Below the pieces are notes generated by a model. The model saw nothing but the letters and a program-made list of their open reading frames with translations, was not told where the DNA came from and made no database searches. Below, one piece after another: positions 1-9,473 of a stretch of DNA of 60,123 bases. Position 1 is the first letter of the stretch. Each line of letters opens with the position of its first letter. A program made the position numbers and the translations under genes. Source of the DNA: Candidatus Bathyarchaeota archaeon (GTDB lineage Archaea > Thermoproteota > Bathyarchaeia > 40CM-2-53-6); assembly GCA_005881695.1 (NCBI GenBank), contig VBBT01000107.1, positions 1 to 60,123 of the forward strand, read 5' to 3'.

Positions 1-920
1 CTAGAGCGGCTTCTCTAGATCGAGCCACAGACTCCCTTACTAGTCCATCAACATCCAACGAATCATTGCGAAGGACGAACAGTGTCAGAAGGTCGACGCT
101 CTCAAGGAAACGTTTCTGGTAATCCTTGAGTGATTGGCGTGGCAAGAGAGAGGCTGGGGAAACATCTCCTAGCAATAGGCCTACGCACTGACGCAAGAAG
201 AGTCTGGGTGGACATTCCGACAATCTATTCCAAACCAAGAATTTAGAGATATGGACTGGGTTAAGTAGACGAACAAGCCGCACCCATTGGCGTATGCCTT
301 TTTCTCCGGTGGTCCGTAGGCTAAAGCCCGTTGTTGGATGATCTCTGCTCATTGAGTGACTTACTGAAATTTCATCTGCCGTCGCGTCAAGCTCCCGCGC
401 CAGCTTCCAACTCGACGTCGTGATACGAACACATGGGCTGTTTCCGCAAACGAACGAACCGTCGGCGTATTGGAAGCCTTCGAGGAACCGAAGAACGGAA
501 TCTCGTCCTCTAGTCTTGATAAAAGATGGTATCGAAACGCTCCTGGAGCGCTCCCCAGTCGACAAACCAAGCGTTCGGCACTTGAAGAGAAGTACAGCCC
601 GGGAATTCAAATACACGCAGATACCGTTCCTTCGAGGTGAAGACCTACGGAATCTGGGACTAATTCCATAAACATTCGATAGGTGGGGGATATAGAACGA
701 ATCTCCCCCCGAACCACTCGTCTGGGTAGCGCTGGGATATGCTATAAATGTACGATGAGTGTCGCATCCCGGGCTTGAAGACAATATGCGCTCCATCACC
801 CAAATCGATTCCTGTTTCCAAACAGAGATCATCATCAATGGTGAGTGGGAGACGAGTCCCTCGATGCTTGTCTGAATTACTGAGAAACGAACCGGGGGAA
901 GGCTGGCTAATTTCGACCAT
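1..920 (-). mobile_element. Two-motif LAGLIDADG homing endonuclease-like gene, frameshifted near 685-710, 3' end beyond window edge
   Basis: ORF 660..920 carries LCLETGIDLGDG (792-827). Removing one base in the G5 (685-689) or C6 (705-710) run joins an open frame with FLEGFQYADGS (455-487) and NPVHISKFLVW...CPP that stays open to position 1. Confidence 0.75.
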
Positions 921-1193
921 ACTAGATGAGATCTCTGCGGGAGCCCTTCATAATCGAATAGAGCCAACCGAAAGTAACGCCATTATCACCGAGACTACCC
1001 TAAGGACAGGAGAGTGAGTTGCCCGGGCTCGGCGGGCCTCGGCAAGCACGACGCTTTTCTAGAGCAGAATTAAGCTTTCTAGATGGCGAGCGAGAGATTC
1101 GGGTATGAACGCAACAAAGCATGTCCGAGGTATCAAAAGGTCTTAACCGCTCACTCCGTCGACCCTGCTGAACCATAGAAACGTGTCCACCCG

Positions 1194-2495
1194 TTGACTG
1201 TTGAGTCTCAAGCGCAAGGCCCCGGCCAGAGTTCCGGTTGGCTGGCGAAGCTAGGAACATTATCTATTCTGTACCTGGCAGTCTTTCTAACTCGGATAGG
1301 GTTTGGTGTCATCTTGATCCTCTTCCCTCTCTATCTTCCGATACCAAAAACTGAATCTGCGCTCGCAGCCGGCGTAACTGCAATCTATCCAATTGTCGAG
1401 GGGTTTTCAGCTCTACCAGTTGGCGCTTATGTGGATCGCCGTGGGCGAAGAAAGGTGTTCGTAGCGGGGCTGGGGCTTATTGCAATCCTGAGCCTACTGA
1501 TCGGACTATCTAACAACCTTCTACTGGTCGGCGGTGCCCACGGCCTAGAAGGTTTGGCGGCGGCTATGGTAACAGTTGCTTCCCTGACAATGATTACAGA
1601 CCTGACCGTTGTAACGAACCGCGGCGTTGGGATGGGTGGATTTGATCTTGCTAACCTAGGAGGCTATGGAGTCGGCATAGTTCTCGGGGTTGCGTTCAGC
1701 AGCGTCTTCGCCGCGGACCTCGGCGCGAGCTTCCTAGTCGTCTCTGCCATCCTCGGTGTCTCTGCTGTTGCCGTATATTTCATCCTTCGAGAACCGGTGC
1801 ACATCACTCAAGCACGAAGAAGTCTGAAGGAAATGTATTCTAGCCTCACAAGCGATGTGGCGGCCATACTTCCGGTATGGTTCGCTCTCACGGTGGTACT
1901 CGGGTTCTACATCTTCTTGCCTAGGCTTGCCGCGAGGATGGGAAAGACCGATCTTTCCCAGGCTGCACTTCCCATCCTTCTCGGGCTGGCGCTGCTTGGC
2001 GCCGGAGCTCTCTTGTTCGGGCGGTTGTCCGACAAAATCGGCCGAACCAAGACAATGGCTGTTGGAGCCTTAGGTGAGATAGGGTTCCTTCTAGTTCTTC
2101 CAGAGGTTTTCGGGCCACTGATCAGCATTCCTCCCGGCACACCTTGGATCGACTCCTACAACATGGTCGGACCCATCATCATTGTTGCAGGGTCTCTGTT
2201 CTTTCTCGGGTCAGCACTGGTCCCCTCTATCCTGGCGTTCATCGGTGACAAGGCAGCCAAGGAATTTCGGGGCTCAGCTATGGGATTGTACAGTCTTATG
2301 CTAAGCGCAGGAATAGCCGCCGGCCTCGTACTGGCTGGAATAGCCGACGACCTAGGTGGTGTCCAGGCGGTCTTCTACTCTGCAGCCATTATTTTCTCAG
2401 GCCTGAGCCTGACTAGCGGATACCTCCTATACCGCAACAAGCAATTCGAGAACTCAGCTAGTTTCGTTAGCAAAGCTCCCAACGGTTCAGCCTAG
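1194..2495 (+). CDS. MFS transporter
   Basis: About 12 hydrophobic segments; MFS motif A in both halves (GAYVDRRGRR, GRLSDKIGR). Confidence 0.9.
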   Translation: MTVESQAQGPGQSSGWLAKLGTLSILYLAVFLTRIGFGVILILFPLYLPIPKTESALAAGVTAIYPIVEGFSALPVGAYVDRRGRRKVFVAGLGLIAILSLLIGLSNNLLLVGGAHGLEGLAAAMVTVASLTMITDLTVVTNRGVGMGGFDLANLGGYGVGIVLGVAFSSVFAADLGASFLVVSAILGVSAVAVYFILREPVHITQARRSLKEMYSSLTSDVAAILPVWFALTVVLGFYIFLPRLAARMGKTDLSQAALPILLGLALLGAGALLFGRLSDKIGRTKTMAVGALGEIGFLLVLPEVFGPLISIPPGTPWIDSYNMVGPIIIVAGSLFFLGSALVPSILAFIGDKAAKEFRGSAMGLYSLMLSAGIAAGLVLAGIADDLGGVQAVFYSAAIIFSGLSLTSGYLLYRNKQFENSASFVSKAPNGSA

Positions 2496-2560
2496 GCTGT
2501 TCCCCGGCGGAATCTCGTAAGAGATAAGTCTCCTAGTTTCTAACTGCATTACGATCTTTC

Positions 2561-3307
2561 TTGACAGAGTATTCCGTCCACACTACTCGTGTGGCAAAGA
2601 AGTTCGAATGGTTTGGAATGACGGTAGTCAAACGTTATTTGACGAGGGACAAAGATAGCAGGGATCTTCGGGACGTTCATTCCAATCCGGAGTTTTACCA
2701 TAAGGGCATCGATCTTATTCTCAATCTGCCCAACGTCCAGAAGAGGACAATCGATCTAAAGGTCGACTCATACATCGGGTCTGATCCATCGCGCAAGATA
2801 CGAGGCTTATGCAATCCAGACAGTGGTTTCATTCTACTGGAAACAATCAGCCAACTCCAATATGATAGGTCAAGAAAGATTTCACCAAATGGTACTCTGC
2901 TCGTTAGCCAAAAGGCAGATGTCCCTGGTTGGTTCTTTACAAGCTCTGCCGATGAGGTCTATTACTACTTCCTGGCCCTGCTTAACACAGAAGATCAGCT
3001 AAACCCACTCTACGCGGAATACGTGGAACTTGCAAAGGGCAATCAACCAACTGATGAAGTTGAAAATCGTCTATTGCGAGAACTGCGCGTAGATAGGGAC
3101 TTGTTAGTGAGTTTTTCCCTATCAGAAGCGAGAGCCTGGTATGATACCGCTCCTGAGACAGTGTTTCATGGATACGCTCCCGCTCCTAACCCGAGTTATC
3201 TTACCCTGAGTAAGCGAGTTAAGCGTGATCTATTCATATCAAACGGAATTGGGAAGAGCCATGGTTCTATCTACTCCTTGGTCAAACCGAAATCGGTTTC
3301 CCGGTAG
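2561..3307 (+). CDS. PD-(D/E)XK nuclease-like protein (possible restriction endonuclease)
   Basis: GIDLIL...TIDLKVD core followed by LLETIS and GWFFTSSADEVYYY; next to a DNA methyltransferase. Confidence 0.55.
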   Translation: MTEYSVHTTRVAKKFEWFGMTVVKRYLTRDKDSRDLRDVHSNPEFYHKGIDLILNLPNVQKRTIDLKVDSYIGSDPSRKIRGLCNPDSGFILLETISQLQYDRSRKISPNGTLLVSQKADVPGWFFTSSADEVYYYFLALLNTEDQLNPLYAEYVELAKGNQPTDEVENRLLRELRVDRDLLVSFSLSEARAWYDTAPETVFHGYAPAPNPSYLTLSKRVKRDLFISNGIGKSHGSIYSLVKPKSVSR

Positions 3308-3334
3308 TCCAAACGCGCAATCCTTTTCATCCAG

Positions 3335-4276
3335 TTACCACCATTTCTTACTGTACTTTAGCGGTGTTGTTTTTTCATCGAGGGCTGGCTTTCTGAATAC
3401 GTATAGATGTTCGTGAGCGATCTTATAGAAATCGTAGCTATGTCCCCGCCATCTCTGGCGAGTTGTCATCGTCTTGTGTTGAAGCTTGATTATGTCCTCT
3501 TTGAGGATGAATCCCACGCTCAGAAACGCTTGCAAGACTCCCAGCGAGATAGGAATGTAATGTCTTCCCTTCCGCGTGTCTCCAATGAGAACTCCGCAGT
3601 ATCGATTGTTTTTCAAAACTCGGTATGATTCTGCCGCAACTTTCCTCATCGCATCAATATAGTCAGGGAGCTTCAGGCGCGAGAGGTCGTCCAATATCCG
3701 TTTTCCACTGTATGATATTATTCCAGCGTAGGGTGGATGAGTGGCAATAAGGTCGATAGTCTCTTCACCGATCAAATCCAAATTTCGCGCGTCGCCAACA
3801 TAGGTTCGAGTCTCTACGCGGCGCGGTCTATCAAGGGTGTTGTAGTCAAAACTCAACCTGTCTTGCGTCACCATGATGGCGTCTGGATTGACATCTACTC
3901 CGATTCCGTCGCGGCCTAAGAGTTTGCTCTCTACGAGAGTGGTTCCGCTTCCACACATCTGGTCAAGAACAAGCTCTCCAGGTTTGGAATATTTCGTGAT
4001 CAAGTTTCGTGGTATGTAAGGGCTCCAATTTCCCCGATAATTTCCAGAATGGGTCGCCCAGTCGCCTCGACTAGGGAAGCTCCACACAGTGAATTCTTCT
4101 GACTTGTAATCCTTCGGAGGCGCGAATTCCTTGATTCGCCACGGTCTACCTATCTCTACGTCAACATTTTCTATTTTCACATGTTGCTTCTCAGTGACGA
4201 ACCTACGGTAGTCCTCTTCGGTTACGAGCTGCATTCCCATCAGTTTTGGGGGATTCGCCATCTGTTGTACTTGCAA
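3335..4276 (-). CDS. Amino (N4-C/N6-A) DNA methyltransferase
   Basis: SAM motif LDQMCGSGTT, catalytic THPPY, N-terminal TVWSFPSRGDWATHSGNYRGNW, C-terminal HEHLYVFRK. Confidence 0.85.
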   Translation of the reverse strand: MQVQQMANPPKLMGMQLVTEEDYRRFVTEKQHVKIENVDVEIGRPWRIKEFAPPKDYKSEEFTVWSFPSRGDWATHSGNYRGNWSPYIPRNLITKYSKPGELVLDQMCGSGTTLVESKLLGRDGIGVDVNPDAIMVTQDRLSFDYNTLDRPRRVETRTYVGDARNLDLIGEETIDLIATHPPYAGIISYSGKRILDDLSRLKLPDYIDAMRKVAAESYRVLKNNRYCGVLIGDTRKGRHYIPISLGVLQAFLSVGFILKEDIIKLQHKTMTTRQRWRGHSYDFYKIAHEHLYVFRKPALDEKTTPLKYSKKWW

Positions 4277-4349
4277 AATACCAGCCCTAGCCTATTTGTT
4301 GGGCTAGATTAAACTTGATCAGACCATAGGAGCGATACCGAGCTGCTCT

Positions 4350-4853
4350 TCACTGAATCGTTTTCTTGAGGCCGGGTATTACTTCTCCCGTGACCCACTG
4401 GACCCCAGCTCCAGACAGAACGTAGGACCCTTTCTCGGCAATCAGCTTGCCCTCACGTTTCAACTCGCTTGCTCGTGCCCTCACGACTGCGCCGCTGGTT
4501 GTTTTCCATGAGGATCCAAGGAGACTGCTTAGCTCGTCGTCTCCGAACGTCTTGGGATGGGTTGCGTAGAGTACGAGAGCGAGAGCTTCTTTTGCTGACA
4601 GGGAATCCGCTGGGACAGTGAGATAGGGTCGTCCCTCTCCGCTAAACTGTACTATTCCCTCTAGCAAGTCCGAGGGTTCAGAGGTTTCCTGGGCCTGGAC
4701 CAGGTCCGGTTTTGTCGATGCAATTCCATCTTTGAGTCGAAAGCTCTCTACGAGGTTCTCGAATTTGTCTCGGACGTATTCGAAGTCTCCTTCAAGCTCG
4801 ACTTCTTGGTCACGGGTCCTGATTCGGAACCTAAGCCGTTTCTCCTGGGACAT
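4350..4853 (-). CDS. Hypothetical protein with probable C-terminal winged helix
   Basis: Intact ORF; C-terminal VRARASELKREGKLIAEKGSYVLSGAG resembles a wHTH recognition helix and wing. Confidence 0.6.
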   Translation of the reverse strand: MSQEKRLRFRIRTRDQEVELEGDFEYVRDKFENLVESFRLKDGIASTKPDLVQAQETSEPSDLLEGIVQFSGEGRPYLTVPADSLSAKEALALVLYATHPKTFGDDELSSLLGSSWKTTSGAVVRARASELKREGKLIAEKGSYVLSGAGVQWVTGEVIPGLKKTIQ

Positions 4854-4950
4854 GATTACACGTCTCAGCACGCATATAGCGGTCTATTTCGAGCTTTCCA
4901 ATTCGAAGACTGAGATGGGTGAAACTAAAGCTGGCAGAATGTAGAAATTC

Positions 4951-5103
4951 CTACACCCATTTGCCGAGAATCTTCTTGCACTCTGGACAGAGTCCATGCC
5001 TTGAAACCACCGTAACATTGCCACATCTCGCGCACCTTCGAGGGCCACCTGCTTTATTCCGGCGAGGCTTGTAGAATTTCCCTCTGAATCCCGGCGGTTT
5101 CAC
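4951..5103 (-). CDS. Small basic Cys4 zinc-ribbon protein (50 aa, not in ORF track)
   Basis: GTG start to TAG: MKPPGFRGKFYKPRRNKAGGPRRCARCGNVTVVSRHGLCPECKKILGKWV. Confidence 0.65.
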   Translation of the reverse strand: MKPPGFRGKFYKPRRNKAGGPRRCARCGNVTVVSRHGLCPECKKILGKWV

Positions 5104-5191
5104 TGTTTTTCGTCTTGTTCGAGACAATTCGCAAGCCCCTCATGTGACTCATTTTCTGGGGTGGGATCGGGCTCTAAGATTTTTCGCTGGC

Positions 5192-6817
5192 CTAGCTTAT
5201 TTTCATCTTTCTTAGGAAGGCAGCCCAGCGGGCATCGGAGTAAAGGGCTCGCAACGTCAGATCCGATCTGATCGTGCAGAGTTCCGGATCGTGATTCTCG
5301 AAAGCTCGATCAAGCATCTCAAACGCCAAGTCGACGTTTCCCACGGCGCAATAGTATCTGGCGAAATCGACCGCGGTGATGTAGTCTCTCCCTGGTATCG
5401 TTGCAGTCTCTTGGAATATCCGTTTGGCCTTTTCGATATTGCCGGACCAGGCGTAGATCCAAGCCGTTCCCATCTTCAGTTTCTTGTGAAGAAGGGGTTG
5501 CATGGAGTCAACCTTCTCCAGTAGCTCTATCGCTTCTTGATACGAACCGCGCAGGACCGCTAGGAGTACTAGCCCTTCGAAGCCCCCGGGAAGGCTCGGG
5601 TCCAGCTCAAGTGCCCTCCTGATGTGTTTCTCGGCGAGGTCGAGATCTCCTAATGCCAAGTATGCGTCTCCCAGGTTAACGTTGATTACTGGTGAGAGAG
5701 GGTCTAGTTCCAGCGACTTTTGCGCCTCAGTGATTCCTTCTGGCACGCGTCCAAGCGTTGCTCGGAGGAGGATCGAGTACCATTGATGAGCTGTGGCGTA
5801 GTTCGGGTTGAGCTCAATCGCCTTCTGATATTCTCGTTCTGCCGCGGGCCAGTCCCAGTCTGCATCAGATTTTAGCAGCCCGAGTGACGCATGCGCTTCC
5901 GCCAGACTATCGTCTAGCTCCAGAGCTCTTGCGATTGCTCGCTTCGCTTTCGGATACCCCTCGCTCGCTGTCAGGTATGCGTTAATGACTAGCAGGGAGT
6001 AGCAGTCTGCAATCCCGATGTGAGGAAGAGGGAATGAGGGGTCTTTTTGGGCGGCGGCTCTGAAGTATTCTATCGCTTCAGCCATCGAGTCTTTCGTGCG
6101 CTTGTTCCAGAGAAATCTGCCCTTCAAGTAAAGTTCGTACGCTTCGATGTTCTTTGTTCCCTGTTTCTCAATGCTCCGCTTGTCTCCTGGCAAGAGCTCT
6201 ACTTGCAGAGATTCTACGACGTTGTGCGCTATCTCTTTCTGGACCGCGAATACGTTCTCGACCTTTCTCTCGTAGTCCTGGGACCAAACATGTTCGTCGT
6301 TCTGAACATCGATCAGCTTGACGGTAATCCGGAGCTCGTTTGCGGCTTTTCTTACGCTCCCTTCTAGAATACTGCCAACGTTCAGCTCCTTCGCTATCTC
6401 TTCCACGCTTTTGGCAGTCTGCTTGTAGCGCATGATGGAGGTTCTCGATATCACCTTTAATCGATGTATCTTTGAGAGAGTTGAGATCAACTCCTCGGTC
6501 ATGCCATCGGCAAAATACTCGTCCTTTGGATCAGGGCTAATATTTACAAAGGGTAGAATTGCAACTCGGTCCCTTCTTGTGGAGCGCTCGCCAACTCTCT
6601 CTTTCGCGGCATCGTCCTTCTGTTTAGGGCCCCTTAGCCATCGCTTGATTCCAAGGCCCTCTTCTACAGGTTTCAATGAACCAGCTTTCAAGATCATTCT
6701 CTTGGCTTTGACCATTTGGGCTTGATCCTGGATGTGCCCGGAAGTAGTAGAGGACGAGGCGGCCGCCATAGAGAAGCCTATGCTCCAGGAGGGCCTAAGA
6801 ATACTGACTGAACTCAA
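5192..6817 (-). CDS. TolB-N/FlgO-like domain plus TPR protein (true start probably downstream of 6817)
   Basis: VAILPFVNISPDPKDEYFADGMTEELISTLSKI signature followed by multiple TPR repeats (AIELNPNYATAH, SLELDPLSP). Confidence 0.85.
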   Translation of the reverse strand: MSSVSILRPSWSIGFSMAAASSSTTSGHIQDQAQMVKAKRMILKAGSLKPVEEGLGIKRWLRGPKQKDDAAKERVGERSTRRDRVAILPFVNISPDPKDEYFADGMTEELISTLSKIHRLKVISRTSIMRYKQTAKSVEEIAKELNVGSILEGSVRKAANELRITVKLIDVQNDEHVWSQDYERKVENVFAVQKEIAHNVVESLQVELLPGDKRSIEKQGTKNIEAYELYLKGRFLWNKRTKDSMAEAIEYFRAAAQKDPSFPLPHIGIADCYSLLVINAYLTASEGYPKAKRAIARALELDDSLAEAHASLGLLKSDADWDWPAAEREYQKAIELNPNYATAHQWYSILLRATLGRVPEGITEAQKSLELDPLSPVINVNLGDAYLALGDLDLAEKHIRRALELDPSLPGGFEGLVLLAVLRGSYQEAIELLEKVDSMQPLLHKKLKMGTAWIYAWSGNIEKAKRIFQETATIPGRDYITAVDFARYYCAVGNVDLAFEMLDRAFENHDPELCTIRSDLTLRALYSDARWAAFLRKMKIS

Positions 6818-6867
6818 TCTTGGAGAGCTTTATGGTTATTAGGAATCGATGTTTTAGGCGGGTGATC

Positions 6868-7413
6868 ATGAAGGCTAAGAGGGCTCGTGAAAATGTCGAG
6901 GACTACGAGCTGATTGGTTGGGGAAACAAGAGAGTTCGCCTTTCGAGTCTGTTTGGCGAGAAAGATGAGTTGATCCTAATCCACAACATGGGACGAGGAT
7001 GCCCCTACTGTACGATGTGGGCCGATGGTTTCAACGGGGTGCTACCACACCTCGAGGATAGAGCGGCTTTTGCCGTCGTTTCTCCAGACCCTCCTTCGGT
7101 CCAGCAGAAGTTCGCGACTGGCCGAGGTTGGAGGTTCCAAATGTTCTCCAGCAAAGAAACCCCGTTCTCTACGGACATGGGCTACGAGAAGAGAAACGGA
7201 ATGAAGGTCCCAGGAGTCTCGGTCTTCAAGCGCGACAAGAACGGCAAGATATTTCGCATCTCAAAGGATGTCTTCGGACCCGGCGATGATTACAATGTCG
7301 TCTGGCATTTCTTCGACCTCCTACCCGCGGTAGCAAGGGCTGGGAGCCACAGTTCACCTATCGATAGAAACGGTTCGATGTGTCCTGAGAATGGAAGGCT
7401 GACATCGGTTTAG
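6868..7413 (+). CDS. DUF899 family thioredoxin-like protein (probable frameshift near 7326; expected end 7367)
   Basis: HNMGRGCPYCTMWADGFNG and GWRF motifs; GGTGA RBS before ATG 6868. Confidence 0.8.
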   Translation: MKAKRARENVEDYELIGWGNKRVRLSSLFGEKDELILIHNMGRGCPYCTMWADGFNGVLPHLEDRAAFAVVSPDPPSVQQKFATGRGWRFQMFSSKETPFSTDMGYEKRNGMKVPGVSVFKRDKNGKIFRISKDVFGPGDDYNVVWHFFDLLPAVARAGSHSSPIDRNGSMCPENGRLTSV

Positions 7414-7521
7414 CACGGCTAACGCTCGGGTCGATGAGAAAACTGGAACGGATATGGAAAGAAATATTGGAGGTTTGTAACTTCAGCAGTAATGCGCCGG
7501 TCGTATCTTCGTTAGCTGGCC

Positions 7522-8040
7522 TTAGAACTGGTCTCTGGTGACGGTTTGTTTGTGGGCGTTCGGGCCTTCCAGTGCGTGTACAACTGTCACCACAACTCTG
7601 ACGGTCGGTATGAGAGCCATTGCGAGGAAGATGAGTGGGTACGCCCATGGCGTGTTTGCGAAGAAGCCGCTGACTAGTGTCTTGCTGACGGTGTAAAGGA
7701 TGTACAGTGCCATGAGCTGGAAGATCCAAGCGAGAATGGGCGCGTATGCCCTGTAAGCCTTGTAAGTGTCTGAAACTGCGCTGGCCAGTTGGGTCCCATA
7801 TTTCAACACGACCGCGGCAACTACCAGCCCGACTGTGAAGAGTGTAAGGCTCACGACACTGTACGATGTTCCCGGCACTGTTTGGGTGATTCCTGGGAAG
7901 CCCAGGATGATGCTCTGGACCACGATGAGGACGATGATTCCCGCGAGCAGTCGTATGAGTGACGGCATTAAGGGCCGAAAGTCGCCAAACGAGTCATGAG
8001 TATTGGTTGGCATCTCAAGACCACTTTTTCCAAGAATCAA
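7522..8040 (-). CDS. Hypothetical membrane protein (4 TM)
   Basis: Four hydrophobic helices. Confidence 0.7.
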   Translation of the reverse strand: MILGKSGLEMPTNTHDSFGDFRPLMPSLIRLLAGIIVLIVVQSIILGFPGITQTVPGTSYSVVSLTLFTVGLVVAAVVLKYGTQLASAVSDTYKAYRAYAPILAWIFQLMALYILYTVSKTLVSGFFANTPWAYPLIFLAMALIPTVRVVVTVVHALEGPNAHKQTVTRDQF

Positions 8041-8152
8041 CTAGCCCCGCCGCTGATTAGCCGGTGGCGGAACCCTTCGCTGACTCTCCGCGTTACACTC
8101 GATGCTTAGCCATGTCCCTTTGTCCCTATAGTGAGAAGGAGATGATTGCCCG

Positions 8153-8431
8153 ATGGCCGAACTGAAAGTCTACCTGTCTGGGGAACTTGACAAGAGATTC
8201 AGGATGCTGGCTATGGGCGTCTTTGGCTATGGTCGGGGTTCTCTAAGCGAAGCCGCTGTCGAAGCGCTCACGAAGTGGTGCGAGGAACATGAGGCTCACA
8301 TGCCGGACCCGGAACCGAAGCAAGAGACTTCACGCTCGAACTCGGACCCTGTCGCACGCGCTGAGGAGCGACCCGGAGTCGTCTCGCCCGGAAAGGGAGA
8401 AAGCCGTAGCTCCACTCTTTCAATTAGCTAA
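8153..8431 (+). CDS. Ribbon-helix-helix DNA-binding protein
   Basis: LKVYLSGELDKRFR...GSLSEAAVEALTKW pattern; GGAGA RBS. Confidence 0.65.
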   Translation: MAELKVYLSGELDKRFRMLAMGVFGYGRGSLSEAAVEALTKWCEEHEAHMPDPEPKQETSRSNSDPVARAEERPGVVSPGKGESRSSTLSIS

Positions 8432-8517
8432 AGGCCTATTCCCTGTCTTTTATCGTCTGAGACAGTCGAACCTGTTTCTCTGAAGGTTGGACGCGCACGC
8501 CTACTAAGATCGAGACA

Positions 8518-9282
8518 TTGGATTTTTCATCCCGAAGAAAGTGGCGAGCTTGGCTTGCAAAGAACCACCGAATTGACAAGGAAATCTGGCTAGTCTATGA
8601 CAAGATATTTTTCCAAACGCGGGCAATCTCATACAGAGATTTCATCAGCTACGCGGTCGAAGAAGCGATATGCTACGGCTGGATTGATAGTAGAGTCAAG
8701 CGAATCGGCGAAACAAAACTTGGAGTACGCTTTACCCCACGTAGGTCGAGAGGCAACTGGTCGAAGTACAACGGGGCTCGCGCGTTGAATCTACTTCACA
8801 AGGGCAAGATGACAAAGGCAGGCATAGATGCTCTCCCACCAGAATGGACAAACAAGAATGTGGACAGACACCAAACTCATAGAAGAGCGATCGCTGACTG
8901 TGTGGATGGAATTCTCGTGGAGAGCAGGAAGTTCCTAGTCGAGAAAAGGCGAGATGACGACGTTGCGGATCCGGGACTGATAGAGATCCCTGGCGGTCAT
9001 GTGGACCCCGGCGAGACCTTGGAGGATGCTTTGAGAAGAGAGATGAAAGAAGAACTCGGAATCAACGTCGAGAAGGCTAGACTCGTGCAGAAGAGCTTGT
9101 ACACAGCGACCAGTGGCGAGAGACAGAGAATTCACTATTTCCACGTGGAGAAGTGGAACGGTAGAATCCGGTCTACAGAGGCAGAACGGGTTTATTGGGA
9201 TTCTGAGGTTTCCAATCTCAGCATTATCCCAGACAGAAGAGCCGTTCAGAAAATCTTGAGGGTCCAACACCACAGAAAATAG
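8518..9282 (+). CDS. YdeI/OmdA-like N-terminal domain fused to NUDIX hydrolase
   Basis: WRAWLAKNH...AVEEAICYGWIDS...FTPRRSRGNWS; complete Nudix box GGHVDPGETLEDALRREMKEELG. Confidence 0.8.
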   Translation: MDFSSRRKWRAWLAKNHRIDKEIWLVYDKIFFQTRAISYRDFISYAVEEAICYGWIDSRVKRIGETKLGVRFTPRRSRGNWSKYNGARALNLLHKGKMTKAGIDALPPEWTNKNVDRHQTHRRAIADCVDGILVESRKFLVEKRRDDDVADPGLIEIPGGHVDPGETLEDALRREMKEELGINVEKARLVQKSLYTATSGERQRIHYFHVEKWNGRIRSTEAERVYWDSEVSNLSIIPDRRAVQKILRVQHHRK

Positions 9283-9473
9283 ATAGGAGGGCCTCTGCGA
9301 AGCCGGCCAGTCGCAGGCAGCGAGTCCAGACCTGAGAGCCACCGTGAGGCTCTGGAGTTTACGGAGGACAGCTGTTTAGAGGGGGGTACTGGGGAACTCT
9401 AGTTTTGAGGCTCAGTTAGTTTATGAGGCCCGAGTCCCGAAAATCCTCTTTCCCGACGTTCCCAGGGCAGCCA

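Noticed and set aside
1019-1047. GC-rich stem upstream of the LAGLIDADG gene as tRNA or intron boundary
   Set aside because: No cloverleaf, T-loop or bulge-helix-bulge could be built
361-1260. Short ORFs 361..570, 420..671, 748..1017 and 1000..1260
   Set aside because: Shadow or alternative frames of the LAGLIDADG gene and promoter region, with no protein-like motifs
9286-9356. Two short hairpins between the Nudix and VTC genes
   Set aside because: 6-bp GC-rich stems are expected by chance; no recognisable RNA family
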